Of a DNA stretch of 64,000 nt, positions 17,698-27,913 are shown in pieces. The position numbers were made by a program, and so were the translations under genes. The notes under the pieces were generated by a model. The model had not been told where the DNA came from. It saw only the letters and a program-made list of their open reading frames with translations, and did not search any database. Within the stretch, counting starts at the first letter, position 1; each line of letters starts with the position of its first letter. Origin of the DNA: Syntrophales bacterium (GTDB taxonomy: Bacteria > Desulfobacterota > Syntrophia > Syntrophales > PHBD01); the NCBI GenBank assembly GCA_963668175.1, contig OY764159.1:2464001-2528000 (forward strand), read 5' to 3'.

Positions 17698-18723
17698 TTA
17701 CCGTTTCAGATCGACGACAACGGCGTTCTCCAGGGCGGAAAGGGTGAGTGACGCATCGTCATTTCCGCTGTCCCTGTAAAATATGGAGAAGTAGAGAACG
17801 GCACCTTTGACCAGAGCGTGCCCCTGCCGGAGGTGGGGATAGTCCGTGGGCGCGTCGGGACGATGGGTCTTGTCGGTCGCATCGAAGTAATAGACGACGG
17901 TATCGTCCTTTTGATATTCCCGAAGGACAGGCGCCGTCACGGCAAAGGCGGCGGCGCGGGACATCAGACCTTCCGTCGCCTGCCTGGCTTTTTCAGGTTT
18001 TATTTGCGTTGATCCGAATCCCGCCATCGGCGATACGCCCATCTTGAAATCGCTTTCTTTCGGGGCGGCGAAAGCCATCGTCGGCAGTTTGTCGGTTACA
18101 AATGAGAGTTTCCAGCGATCGGGCACGGGCATCGTCAGCCGTTTGCTTCCGATGTAAACCGTCTTCCTCCATTGCGCTTTGGGTAAACCGCCTTCCGTGA
18201 ACCTGATGGAACCGATGATCCGGCTCACCTTTTCCTCATGCACCTTTCCCGGGTCCATGGAGAAATGAAAATTGAAGCAGTAGCCCTTGTAATAGGGCCG
18301 GTAATGGACGGATCGCCTTACGTCCTTGAAGTCGTTGATGCCGACGGTTTTGCCGCCCAGGTCCTTCTCGTATTGGACGGGTATGTACGGTCCGGCTGTC
18401 CGGCACGACTTCGCATCGGTGACGCCTGCGGCCTTCTCCGCGAAGATGCTGACGATGATGCCTTCCTTGCTCTTATCGAAAAGAAACTGCGACGGCCTCG
18501 TGAATACCGCCTTGTCGTCGGCGAATCCGGACAGATCGACGAGGGCGTACCAGCTTTCCCCGTCGACATGCAGGCCCGTCTCCCCGGTATCGTCCTTGAC
18601 GAACGTTTCGTGCGAATAGACGGTGAAAGGGCCGTGGACCTTTCCGTACTCGTCGGCGAGGCCCGTTGCGGCATGCAGGATCATTGCAAAAAGCGATAGA
18701 ATGAAAACCGGTCTCTTTTTCAT
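17698..18723 (-). CDS. Hypothetical exported protein (341 aa)
   Basis: Signal peptide, G-run RBS, host-like codon bias; no family recognised. Confidence 0.7.
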   Translation of the reverse strand: MKKRPVFILSLFAMILHAATGLADEYGKVHGPFTVYSHETFVKDDTGETGLHVDGESWYALVDLSGFADDKAVFTRPSQFLFDKSKEGIIVSIFAEKAAGVTDAKSCRTAGPYIPVQYEKDLGGKTVGINDFKDVRRSVHYRPYYKGYCFNFHFSMDPGKVHEEKVSRIIGSIRFTEGGLPKAQWRKTVYIGSKRLTMPVPDRWKLSFVTDKLPTMAFAAPKESDFKMGVSPMAGFGSTQIKPEKARQATEGLMSRAAAFAVTAPVLREYQKDDTVVYYFDATDKTHRPDAPTDYPHLRQGHALVKGAVLYFSIFYRDSGNDDASLTLSALENAVVVDLKR

Positions 18724-18868
18724 CTCAAGCCCCCCCCGTTCTTGATCTGTCGATGGATGCGAAAGCCGATACAGATGTTTTAAAAGACCGCATTCATTAT
18801 GAAGCAAGCAGACAAACGGATCGCGTAAGCCACGCTTGCGCGGCGGCAAATGACTGCGTTCGATCCGT

Positions 18869-19693
18869 TTATTTGAATATCTCCTTTTGCATCTCCATGG
18901 CCTTCGCCTCGGCGGCGCAGTTGCGCGTCGGCTTCAGGCCCCGGGTGCGGACGGCGGCAAGCTCGGCCCTGGCGGCGAGCACCTCCTCCTGGAACCAGGG
19001 GGAGGCATTCAGGGTGGCGGCCGTGTAGGCGCCCATGTACCGGCCCTGGAGCGTGTCGCTGTACCAGTGGACGTTGCAGACCATGCGGCTTACGCCGTAG
19101 CCCTGAGCGCGCTTCAGGACGATGTCGCCCCGGTCGGGCGAAACCTCGGCGAGGACCATAGCCCAAGCCGTGCCGATGGCGTTATGGCCCGACGGATAGG
19201 AGCCGTTCCCTTCGAGGTGCGCCTTCTCGTCCGGCGTGCACATCGGTTGCTTGTTGACCATGAAGGGGCGGGGGCGCTTATACGACATCTTCGCGGATGC
19301 CGTCGAATCGCCGGCGTATTTCGCGACGATCTGGAGCAGACGGTAGAGGCGGGGCGTGTCCTTTTCGGTCACCGGGACGCCGAGGGCGCACGAATAGGTG
19401 TCGGCCGCATAGGGAAATTTGAGACTGGCGTCGAGGATCGCCTGCGCCCATGCCGGTGTTCCCTGGAGGGCGAAGGTCCTTCGGCTGTACTCTTCGTCGA
19501 GGGCGAAGGCGGCCGAGCCCGCGGCGGGAGGCGGCGGGATGATGAACAGGCTGTCCGGGACCGTTGCCGGCGGCAATACGCCTTTCGCCGCGGCGGCCTT
19601 ATTCGTGGAACCGGCGCAGCCGGCCATGATGGCAACGGCGATTGCGACAGCGAAAAGAAGATGCGCATTTTTGGAGCGGATGAATGTTTTCAT
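18869..19693 (-). CDS. Class A non-specific acid phosphatase (PAP2 family), probable lipoprotein
   Basis: KMSYKRPRPF, SYPSGH, SRMVCNVHWYSD motifs; IMAGC lipobox. Confidence 0.92.
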   Translation of the reverse strand: MKTFIRSKNAHLLFAVAIAVAIMAGCAGSTNKAAAAKGVLPPATVPDSLFIIPPPPAAGSAAFALDEEYSRRTFALQGTPAWAQAILDASLKFPYAADTYSCALGVPVTEKDTPRLYRLLQIVAKYAGDSTASAKMSYKRPRPFMVNKQPMCTPDEKAHLEGNGSYPSGHNAIGTAWAMVLAEVSPDRGDIVLKRAQGYGVSRMVCNVHWYSDTLQGRYMGAYTAATLNASPWFQEEVLAARAELAAVRTRGLKPTRNCAAEAKAMEMQKEIFK

Positions 19694-19899
19694 GATGGCC
19701 TTTCTCCGTCTTGAAGGTTTTGGATGCGGGAGACTGTTTCGGACGGCGCTTCCGCCGCCATCCGTTTGAAGCTTTCTATAATACATCCCGCCGAATCGTT
19801 CAACGGCTATTCAGCCGCTATGCGACGGCAAACCGCCCGCCGTCGGATGACAGAAGGCGGCGCATCAAGCGGCGATGACCGCCGTGCGGGTCTATTCCC

Positions 19900-22800
19900 C
19901 TATTCCCTGTCCAGTTCTCTACGGACGGCGAGGCCGATCTTCTCCAGGACGTAGGGCTTGCGGACGAACTCCCCGGCGCCCAGGGCCTGGGCCTCCCGGA
20001 CCCGGTCGGTTTCGGCGTAGCCGCTGAGTATGATGGCCTTCTGATGCGGATGGATGGCGAGAATCCGCGCGTAGGTTTCCAGGCCGTCTATCCCGGGGTC
20101 CATGATCATGTCGAGGACGACGAGGTCCGCCCGGTTGCCGCGGAGGTATTCGACCGCCGCCTCGCCGCTTTCGACCGCCTTGACCCGGTAGCCCAGCCTT
20201 TCCAGCATGCTTGAGGCAAGGTTCCTCTGGGCCTGGACGTCGTCCACCACCAGGATCGACTCGCCCCGGCCCATGTACGCCTCGCGGGAGGCCGCCTTCT
20301 CTTCTGAGGCGAACGCCTCCCGGGTAACGGGGAAATAGAGGGTAAATGTGCTTCCCTGGCCCTCCCGGCTCTGGACGTCGATATACCCGCCGTGGTCCTT
20401 CACGACGCCCCAGACGATCGCCAGCCCCAGCCCCGTGCCGCTCCGGCCCATGAACTTCTTCGTGTAGAACGGCTCGAATATCTTTCCCAGGTCGCGGGCG
20501 GGAATACCGCCGCCCGTGTCGGCCACGGTCAGGACAGCGTAGTCTCCCTCCTGCATGTCGTCGTAGCCGCGCAGCGTCCGGTCCAGATACCTGTTTTCCG
20601 TACGGACCGTGATCGTCACGTCCGCCCCTTCGGAGGCGGCTTCTGCGGCATTCGTGACGAGATTCATCAGGGCCTTGCCCAGGTGGACGGAGGACCCCTT
20701 GACGGGAAGGAGGCCGACGGCAAGCTCCTTCCGGAGAGCCATGTCGGGATGGACGGATTTCAGGGCCTGGAATTCCGGCGACCTGAGATATTCGACGACG
20801 ACGCGGTTCAGATCGACGACGGCCGCCGTGTTCACGCCCCTGCGGGCGAGGGTCAGCAGGTCCTGGATGATCGCCGCGCCCTTCACGCTCGACCGGTGGA
20901 TGTTGTCGGCGTAATCCCGGAGCGTGCTCCCTTCGTGCAGTTTCTCCGCGAGCAGTTCCGAGTACCCGACCATGACGCCCAGGACGTTGTTGAGATCGTG
21001 GGCGACGCCCCCGGCCAGTCTGCCCAGGCCCTCCATCTTTTCGGCGCGGGAGAGGCGCTCTTCCAGCCGCCTTCGTTCCGTGTTGTCGCGGATGCACTCG
21101 ATCGCCGCGACGATCTCGCCCCGGGAATCGCGCAGGACCGACGCCGTGGCGGAAAGGTGGATATCGCCGGGGGGCAGGTTCGGCGTGAAGGACTCGCCCA
21201 GGAGACTGTCCCCGATCCGCTGGACCGCCGTGTAGCGTTTTTCCATTTCGGGGTCAGGATGGAGGGCGAGGTCGATCAGGATGGGCCTTCTTTCCCCGTA
21301 GAAGGGAAGGGCGTATTCGTAATTGCCCCTGCCGAGCATGTCTTCTTTCTTTACGCCCGTCATGACCTCCATGGCACGGTTCCAGGCGATGACCCTGCCT
21401 TCCCTGTCGACGACGAGGGTGGCGTCCGGGAGGAACTCGATGATGTCCGCGAGCTGCCTCCGGGATTCTTCCGACTCCCTTATCGCCCGCCGGTAATCGG
21501 TGATGTCCTCGATGGATACGACCGTCCCCAGGGCGGCATCGTTCGGCTGAAGGGGGGCGGCGCGCAGGATGACGTCGCGCACGCCGCTTTTCTTGCTCCG
21601 CAGCCTCGTCTCGACGTAGGCCACATCCTGTTCAGCAAGGCTTCTGTACAGATCGCGCCCGACCCGCCGGTACTCTTCCTCGCTCTCATAGAGCATCCGC
21701 GTCGTATGGCCGATGATCTCGGAGACGGAATAGCCGAACCTGTCGTACCAGTCCTTGCTTGCGCTCTGGAAGACGCGGCCTTTCATGATGCACAGGCCGA
21801 CGGGGGCCGCCTCGAACACGCTGCGAATCTTCGCTTCGCTCTCGCGCAGCGCCTCCTCCGCGCGCTTCCGCTCCCTCTCCTGGATGTCGCGCTGCAACCT
21901 GGCGTTGAGAATCGGCGAGATATGGCCTGCGATTCCGGAAAGCAGGTTGCGGTCCCTCTCCGTATATCCGCCTTCCTTGTTGGCGACGGAGAGCAGTCCG
22001 ATCGTCGCGTCCCGGGAGACGATGGGGACGGTGAGGAAGTTTTCGATACGGATGTGCCCTTCCGGGGTGTTGAAAGGGCCTTCCGACAGGAAGGACCGTC
22101 TTTTCCTGATGGCCGCGCCCCAGATGCTTTCGCCCCAGCCGCCGGCGGGAAAGCTGACGGCCTTGCCGGGCACGCGGCAACGGTCCCATACGTCCCTCGT
22201 CAGGCTGGGGATGACGAGATCGCCCTTTTCGTCGATGTAGCCGAAAATGCCGAAGGGGCTCTGCATCGTGGAAAGAACGACGTCCAGGACCTCGCCGTAC
22301 ATCTCTTCGTCCGGGACGGTGAGGAAGACATGGTCGATCCGGTTCAGGATCATCTTCCGGCGTTCGGAGAGATGCAGCTCTTCCTCCGCCCGCCTGCGCT
22401 CGGCGATTTCGTTCGCCAGGCGTCCGGCCTCGGCCTTGGCGGCGAGGTTCGCATATCCGAGCTGCGAGACGACGACGGCTATCTCCCCCAGGAGGGCCGT
22501 GACGGCTTCGAGCTTCTTCGTCTCAATCACCGGAATCTCTTTGACCGCCTCAAGATACGCTTCTTCGTCGAATCCGTATTGACGGGCCCGCTGCCGGTAA
22601 TCTTCCAGGTCGGGCTCCTGCATGAAGAGCTGTCCGGTGGCAAGGCTGGCGATATGCTTTCCATTGACGATGATGGGGATCGCGCAATCCACAAGCCCGT
22701 GGCCGCATTGTTCGGCAACGATCCTGCCCGGTTCGTCGAGCCGGTCCAGGAGACACCGGTTGCTCTTCAGGCAGACGGCTTCCGCCTCTGGGCAGCTCCG

Positions 22801-22998
22801 GTGAAACTTCGTGCAGATGTCCCGCCAGCCCGTGGCGATCAGGATGTTCAGGGCGGGATGGTCCAGAAAGCCGATGGTGAATCCCGTGGCCGCGGTGAAA
22901 TGTTCGAAGATAAGCTGTAATTGCTTAAGGTCGACGATGTCGCCGATGCCGTACTTCCCGTCGACCAGATGGCCGTTGTCCGCCGCTTCCATCTCCAT
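19900..22998 (-). CDS. Hybrid histidine kinase: PocR-GAF-PAS-PAS-HisKA-HATPase-REC
   Basis: PocR signature GWRDICTKFHR...CLKSN...CGHGLVDCAIPIIV; AGGVAHDLNN; FEPFYTKK...[15 protein letters not shown]. Confidence 0.93.
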   Translation of the reverse strand: MEMEAADNGHLVDGKYGIGDIVDLKQLQLIFEHFTAATGFTIGFLDHPALNILIATGWRDICTKFHRSCPEAEAVCLKSNRCLLDRLDEPGRIVAEQCGHGLVDCAIPIIVNGKHIASLATGQLFMQEPDLEDYRQRARQYGFDEEAYLEAVKEIPVIETKKLEAVTALLGEIAVVVSQLGYANLAAKAEAGRLANEIAERRRAEEELHLSERRKMILNRIDHVFLTVPDEEMYGEVLDVVLSTMQSPFGIFGYIDEKGDLVIPSLTRDVWDRCRVPGKAVSFPAGGWGESIWGAAIRKRRSFLSEGPFNTPEGHIRIENFLTVPIVSRDATIGLLSVANKEGGYTERDRNLLSGIAGHISPILNARLQRDIQERERKRAEEALRESEAKIRSVFEAAPVGLCIMKGRVFQSASKDWYDRFGYSVSEIIGHTTRMLYESEEEYRRVGRDLYRSLAEQDVAYVETRLRSKKSGVRDVILRAAPLQPNDAALGTVVSIEDITDYRRAIRESEESRRQLADIIEFLPDATLVVDREGRVIAWNRAMEVMTGVKKEDMLGRGNYEYALPFYGERRPILIDLALHPDPEMEKRYTAVQRIGDSLLGESFTPNLPPGDIHLSATASVLRDSRGEIVAAIECIRDNTERRRLEERLSRAEKMEGLGRLAGGVAHDLNNVLGVMVGYSELLAEKLHEGSTLRDYADNIHRSSVKGAAIIQDLLTLARRGVNTAAVVDLNRVVVEYLRSPEFQALKSVHPDMALRKELAVGLLPVKGSSVHLGKALMNLVTNAAEAASEGADVTITVRTENRYLDRTLRGYDDMQEGDYAVLTVADTGGGIPARDLGKIFEPFYTKKFMGRSGTGLGLAIVWGVVKDHGGYIDVQSREGQGSTFTLYFPVTREAFASEEKAASREAYMGRGESILVVDDVQAQRNLASSMLERLGYRVKAVESGEAAVEYLRGNRADLVVLDMIMDPGIDGLETYARILAIHPHQKAIILSGYAETDRVREAQALGAGEFVRKPYVLEKIGLAVRRELDRE

Positions 22999-23289
22999 AT
23001 CCGCTCCCGCTTTTGAATATCGCAATCACACCGAACTTCCGCGGGCCGTATGACGGCGCATGTCTTCTCCTGTGACGTCCATACTTCAGAGAACGGGTCG
23101 CACCCGCGAACCCGCAGATATTTGATGTTCCGGATTGGTATAACATCGCATGTCCGGGAAAATTTTGCAATTATTAAGATTTGTAAGACGGCGATTTCCG
23201 GGGACGACGGTCGGATAAACTTCCTTCCGACATGTCGGGTGTCCGGGGAGTTGACGGATGGAAATACGTCGCATTCCTATATCATTTGT

Positions 23290-25560
23290 TCATGTTTCGC
23301 TCAGCGCGACGCGGACCTTGCCGGTGATGTCACTTCGGGAGAAAGGTTTCTGGATAAAATGGACGCCCTCGTCCAGGATGCCGTGGTGAGCGATGACGTT
23401 GGCGGTATATCCAGACATGAAAAGACTTTTCAGATTGGGATAGAGGTGAAGCAGGTTCTTGGCCAGGTCACGGCCGTTCATTTCCGGCATCACCACATCG
23501 GTTATCAACAGATGAATTTCCCCGGCGAATTTCTCCGCTATGCGGATGGCTTCCCGAGGCGTACCGGCGGTCAACACCGTATATCCCTGTTGTTCGAGGA
23601 TGCATCTGGCAAGATCGAGGAGGGCTGGTTCGTCTTCCACAACGAGGATGGTTTCCCGGCCCCCCGGGATCGGTATCCGGATATCTTCCTTCTGTCTCTG
23701 CTCCGCCTTGCCTACATGGCGGCGCAGATAAATCTTGAAGGTTGTTCCTGTGCCCGGTTCGCTGTAAACGTTCAGAAATCCGTCGTTCTGTTTGACGATG
23801 CCGTAAACCGTCGCCAGGCCCAGGCCGGTGCCTTGCCCCAAGGTTTTCGTCGTGAAAAAAGGTTCAAATATCTTGCTTAAGACATCCTTGTCCATGCCGC
23901 AACCGTCGTCGCTGACGGCGAGCAGGACATAATCGCCGGGGATAAAGCCCAGATGATCGGAGCAATAGGTTTCGCCGAAGCTGGCGTTCCCGGTTTCAAT
24001 GGTGAGCGTGCCCACGCCGGATATGGCGTCGCGCGCATTTACGCACAAGTTGACCAGAATCTGGTCGATCTGTGACGGATCGATCTTGACCGGCCAGAGG
24101 TCGCTGTCCGGCAGCCATACCAGCCGAATGTCTTCGCCGATAATCCGTTGCAGCATCTTGATCATGCCGCCCACGATCTCGTTTACGTCCAGCGCCCGGG
24201 GGGAAATGGTCTGCTGGCGGGCAAAAGCCAGGAGCTGGCGTGTAAGATCGGCGGAACGCTCCGCCGCTTTCTGCACTTCCCGGAGGGCCGAGTATATCGG
24301 CTGGGACGGATCGACCGCCTCCACGGCTATCTCCATATGTCCGAGAATGACCCCCAGCATGTTGTTGAAATCGTGCGCAACGCCGCCTGCCAGCCGGCCG
24401 ACGGACTCCATTTTCTGCGCTTGATTCAACTGCTCCTGAAGCTTCGCCCTCTCCCGTTCCGCCTGTTTGCGGTCGGTGATATCGTGAATGATGGAGTGGA
24501 TGAGCGCTCTTCCTTCGGCTTCGATCCTGCTGGAATAAACCTCCACATCCCGGACCGACCCGTCCGCCAGCCGGTGGCGGAATTCAAAACGGTTCTGGCT
24601 GCCCGCGAGTATCCTTTCGATCTCTTTTCCGATATCTTCGGGAGAAAGCGTGCTGATCTCCCGAATCTTCATCGCTTTGAGCCGTTCGTACGGCCATCCG
24701 TAAAAATGAACCGCGGCCCGGTTGGCTTCGATGATGTTCCCGGTTTCCGGATCGACCAGCAACTTGACGGCGGAATGTTCTTCAAACACTTTTCTGTACC
24801 GCTCTTCGCTCTGGCGCAACGCCTCTTCCGTCCGTGTGAGTTCCGTGATGTCCTGGTTGATGGCGATCGCTCCCAAAACTTTCAGGTCGTCGTCCAGAAG
24901 CGGCGCTGCCGAGTTGAGGATGGTCTTCACCGTGCCGTCGAAACATTCTATGTGGATCGGTTCTTTGTGGATAACGGTTTCGCCCGTCGCAAGCGTCCGG
25001 GATACGGCCCAGTCTTCAGGCTCGACGCGTATGCCCGTGCCGGTCCATCGGGCTTTGTATTCGCCGTAGCGTTCCATTCCGACGTAACGAATGCCGCCCC
25101 AGATGTTTTCTCCGGCTGTATTGCCCATGAGGATCTTGCCATGGGCGTCTGTGACCCAAACGCCGACGGGCAATGTTTCGAGAACGGTATGAACGAGCGA
25201 TTTTTCCTGATTGACTTCCTTCAGCAGCGACTCGTTCCTTGATTGCAGGGCGCGTGCCTGTATTCGGTTTTCGAGGAGGACCGCCAGGAAATGGAAGGCG
25301 GTCCTGAAGACGGCCCGTTCGGCCTCCGTGGTTTCCGGACCTTCTTCCATCAAAGCGTACCCGAAGGAAGAACGAAGGGTCGTAATCGGAAAAACGAGGT
25401 ATTCCGGAAGGCCGGGCGGCATCCGTTCGGCGAATTGGAAGGCAAACGCCGTACCGAGCCCATTGAGGGATTCGATGAATCGTAAGCGGATCAGATCGGG
25501 ATCGGATATTTGCGACACATACGCGAGTGCCAGCAGCACTTCATGCGATAGCTTGATCAT
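23290..25560 (-). CDS. Hybrid histidine kinase: unknown N-terminal domain-PAS-PAS-HisKA-HATPase-REC
   Basis: [35 protein letters not shown]. Confidence 0.93.
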   Translation of the reverse strand: MIKLSHEVLLALAYVSQISDPDLIRLRFIESLNGLGTAFAFQFAERMPPGLPEYLVFPITTLRSSFGYALMEEGPETTEAERAVFRTAFHFLAVLLENRIQARALQSRNESLLKEVNQEKSLVHTVLETLPVGVWVTDAHGKILMGNTAGENIWGGIRYVGMERYGEYKARWTGTGIRVEPEDWAVSRTLATGETVIHKEPIHIECFDGTVKTILNSAAPLLDDDLKVLGAIAINQDITELTRTEEALRQSEERYRKVFEEHSAVKLLVDPETGNIIEANRAAVHFYGWPYERLKAMKIREISTLSPEDIGKEIERILAGSQNRFEFRHRLADGSVRDVEVYSSRIEAEGRALIHSIIHDITDRKQAERERAKLQEQLNQAQKMESVGRLAGGVAHDFNNMLGVILGHMEIAVEAVDPSQPIYSALREVQKAAERSADLTRQLLAFARQQTISPRALDVNEIVGGMIKMLQRIIGEDIRLVWLPDSDLWPVKIDPSQIDQILVNLCVNARDAISGVGTLTIETGNASFGETYCSDHLGFIPGDYVLLAVSDDGCGMDKDVLSKIFEPFFTTKTLGQGTGLGLATVYGIVKQNDGFLNVYSEPGTGTTFKIYLRRHVGKAEQRQKEDIRIPIPGGRETILVVEDEPALLDLARCILEQQGYTVLTAGTPREAIRIAEKFAGEIHLLITDVVMPEMNGRDLAKNLLHLYPNLKSLFMSGYTANVIAHHGILDEGVHFIQKPFSRSDITGKVRVALSET

Positions 25561-26213
25561 AGACGCTCAAACAGCGGCAAAAATTCAGGTGCGCGCTCGG
25601 TAACCCATTTTTTGGGCTGAACGAAGTAGGGGTTCTCGAAGATGCCGCCCCCCGTGATGACGAAGGGGTGGGTCTGGAGGACCTTCATGATCGTCGCCCC
25701 CGGGAAACGGTTGACATCGTACATGCAGATGCTGATCCAGGGTTTGCCCCAGATGAAGGTGTTGAGAATCGATTCGTAGGCCATGAGATGTTCGATGCCG
25801 GGAATCTTTTCCAGGGCCCAGCCCATTTCCGCCGTTCCCCGCACATTCCTCGTTCCGGTCTGCAGGTTCTCGGCCCAGATATCGTCGTGGGCCTTAAGCA
25901 TCGCCTGGGGGGAAAAGAAGCCCTGGGGGTGGTACAATTCGCGGGAATGGAGCAGACGGAAGGAATCCGGGCCGGGTCGGTCGGCGCCGGGGCATTGGGC
26001 GTGGACGCGGTCGAGGGCATGGTCGTAATGCGCCTCGCCGGGACAGCATACGAGGAGTTCCCGGTCGCAAAGACCCTGGGCGAGGAAGCCGAACATAATC
26101 GTGTCGCGTTCCTCGTCGGATTCGTACAACCCGCAGAAATGAGTGCCCCAGTTGCAGGTGTACCCGCCGAATCCAAGACTCATGACATCCAAGTCCGATG
26201 TTCTCAGGTACAT
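25557..26213 (-). CDS. Stand-alone MEDS-domain protein
   Basis: WGTHFCGLYES, VRGTAEMGW, LMAYESILN, ICMYDVNRF, LQTHPFVI...ENPYF; ATGA overlap with the downstream kinase. Confidence 0.88.
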   Translation of the reverse strand: MYLRTSDLDVMSLGFGGYTCNWGTHFCGLYESDEERDTIMFGFLAQGLCDRELLVCCPGEAHYDHALDRVHAQCPGADRPGPDSFRLLHSRELYHPQGFFSPQAMLKAHDDIWAENLQTGTRNVRGTAEMGWALEKIPGIEHLMAYESILNTFIWGKPWISICMYDVNRFPGATIMKVLQTHPFVITGGGIFENPYFVQPKKWVTERAPEFLPLFERL

Positions 26214-26324
26214 GGCATCCTCCGTTGATAAAGAACCCCCTCATTTACCATTTCAGTATAGCGGCAACGGCCCTTTCTGTCAAGGGCGTCGTGCGGCGTC
26301 GGCTTTAATGGAAGGGGGGCGGCG

Positions 26325-27200
26325 TCAGGACGGCCATCGGGCGACGGCGGCGGCAGCGGCGGCGCGTCCCTGGTCGTAGCCTTCCCGGAGGATGTCGCGG
26401 TTGCGGCACAGGCGGGAGACGCGGAAGGCGTCCGGCGGGCAGATTTCGACGATCTCCGCGCCGTCGGGCGGGCGGCGGATGAGATCCAGCGTTTCGTTGT
26501 AACGCGCCACGCGCCTCATCATGGCTTCCCTGAGAGCCGGGCGGCGGCGGAGGTAGCGGGACATGACCCACTGGTCGAAGAGGTTCGGGCGTTTGCGGTA
26601 GTCCCGGCGGCGCGACCGGACGACCATGACGCGCTTTGCGCCGCGTCGGAGCGCTTCCGCGACGGGGATGGCGTCGGCGACGCCCCCGTCGGTCATGGGT
26701 CTGCCGTCCACCTGGGGGAAGTCCCGGTAATAGAGAGGCACGGCGCTGGAAGCCATGAGGACGTGTTCGAGATCGTCCGGGCCGGTATCCTTGAAGACGG
26801 CCCCGCCCGTTGCCGCGTCCGTGAGGCCCACGAGAAAGGGCCTGCCGGGGGCGTAAATCGCTTTGAGGTCGAGGCGGATGTCCCGGATCGTGTTCTCCCA
26901 GAGCCAGTCGAGGTCGAGGAGGTGGCCGCCGGCGAGGAACCGGGGGATGCTGATGAATTGCGGCCGCAGGGAGTAGTCGACGTAGATGAGTCGGTTGCGG
27001 CCGTGCATGCCCGCCAGGTACGCCGCAAGGTTGGTCGCCCCCGAGGAGACGCCGATATAGAAATCGAAGGGATTGAACGTCTGCTCCAGGAATCCGTCGA
27101 GAAGCCCCGTGGAGAAAACCCCCCGCATGCCCCCGCCTTCGACGACGAGGGCCGTATCGTATGGCTGTTTCACCGTTGGATTATCCTCGCGGGACGTCAT
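26325..27200 (-). CDS. Patatin-like phospholipase (YjjU-like)
   Basis: EGGGMRG, GVSSG, ASSAVP, DGGVADAIP. Confidence 0.93.
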   Translation of the reverse strand: MTSREDNPTVKQPYDTALVVEGGGMRGVFSTGLLDGFLEQTFNPFDFYIGVSSGATNLAAYLAGMHGRNRLIYVDYSLRPQFISIPRFLAGGHLLDLDWLWENTIRDIRLDLKAIYAPGRPFLVGLTDAATGGAVFKDTGPDDLEHVLMASSAVPLYYRDFPQVDGRPMTDGGVADAIPVAEALRRGAKRVMVVRSRRRDYRKRPNLFDQWVMSRYLRRRPALREAMMRRVARYNETLDLIRRPPDGAEIVEICPPDAFRVSRLCRNRDILREGYDQGRAAAAAAVARWPS

Positions 27201-27246
27201 AGCAGAATATCGATCGTGACGTCAAGGAGCCGCCGGGGTTTCTCGG

Positions 27247-27894
27247 CTATTCACGTTCGGCGGCGAGTCTGTCGATCACCGTCGCGGCGGGCCAGAGACG
27301 GACGCCGATGGCCCGAAGCTCGTCCTCGCCCCGCTGGTAGAGTCCCGATATGGCGTCCGTGACGAGGACCAGGCGGTAGTCCCGTTCGCTCGCCTCGTAG
27401 ATCGTCGTGCGGGGGCAGTTGGGGTAGTTGCAGCCGCAGACGACAACGGTATGGACCCGCATGTTTTCGAGATGTTCCTGAAGGGGGGTGCCGAAGAAGG
27501 CGCCCCATCGCGGTTTGTAGATGACGGACTCGTTCGGGCCCGCCGACTGTATGCCGCCGCGAAGGAGAAGGGGGCAGTCGAGATCGCCTGCCGCCTCGGG
27601 CAGCAGCCCCTGGACGGGCTGGGCGCCGGCCGATCCCGGGCATACGATTTCCTGGCCGCTACGGAGCCATTCCCGGCGGCAGAGGTCCGCGTTCGAGCCG
27701 TCGCTCAGATAGAGCCGGACGATGTGGACGATCGTTTTGCCCGCCTCACGGAAAGCATTGAGCAGCCGCTCGATGCGCGGCACGACGGCCATCGTGCCGG
27801 GAATCTCGGCGGGCGCGCCGGGCAGCGCGAAGTCCCTCTGTACGTCCATGATAAGAAGCGCCGATCTTGACAGGTCCGGTTCCGTATCCTTCAT
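27247..27894 (-). CDS. Isochorismatase-family cysteine hydrolase
   Basis: ALLIMDVQRDF, KPRWGAFFGT, GCNYPNCPRTT, DA. Confidence 0.92.
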   Translation of the reverse strand: MKDTEPDLSRSALLIMDVQRDFALPGAPAEIPGTMAVVPRIERLLNAFREAGKTIVHIVRLYLSDGSNADLCRREWLRSGQEIVCPGSAGAQPVQGLLPEAAGDLDCPLLLRGGIQSAGPNESVIYKPRWGAFFGTPLQEHLENMRVHTVVVCGCNYPNCPRTTIYEASERDYRLVLVTDAISGLYQRGEDELRAIGVRLWPAATVIDRLAAERE

Positions 27895-27913
27895 GCCATT
27901 CTCCTCCGTTTCG

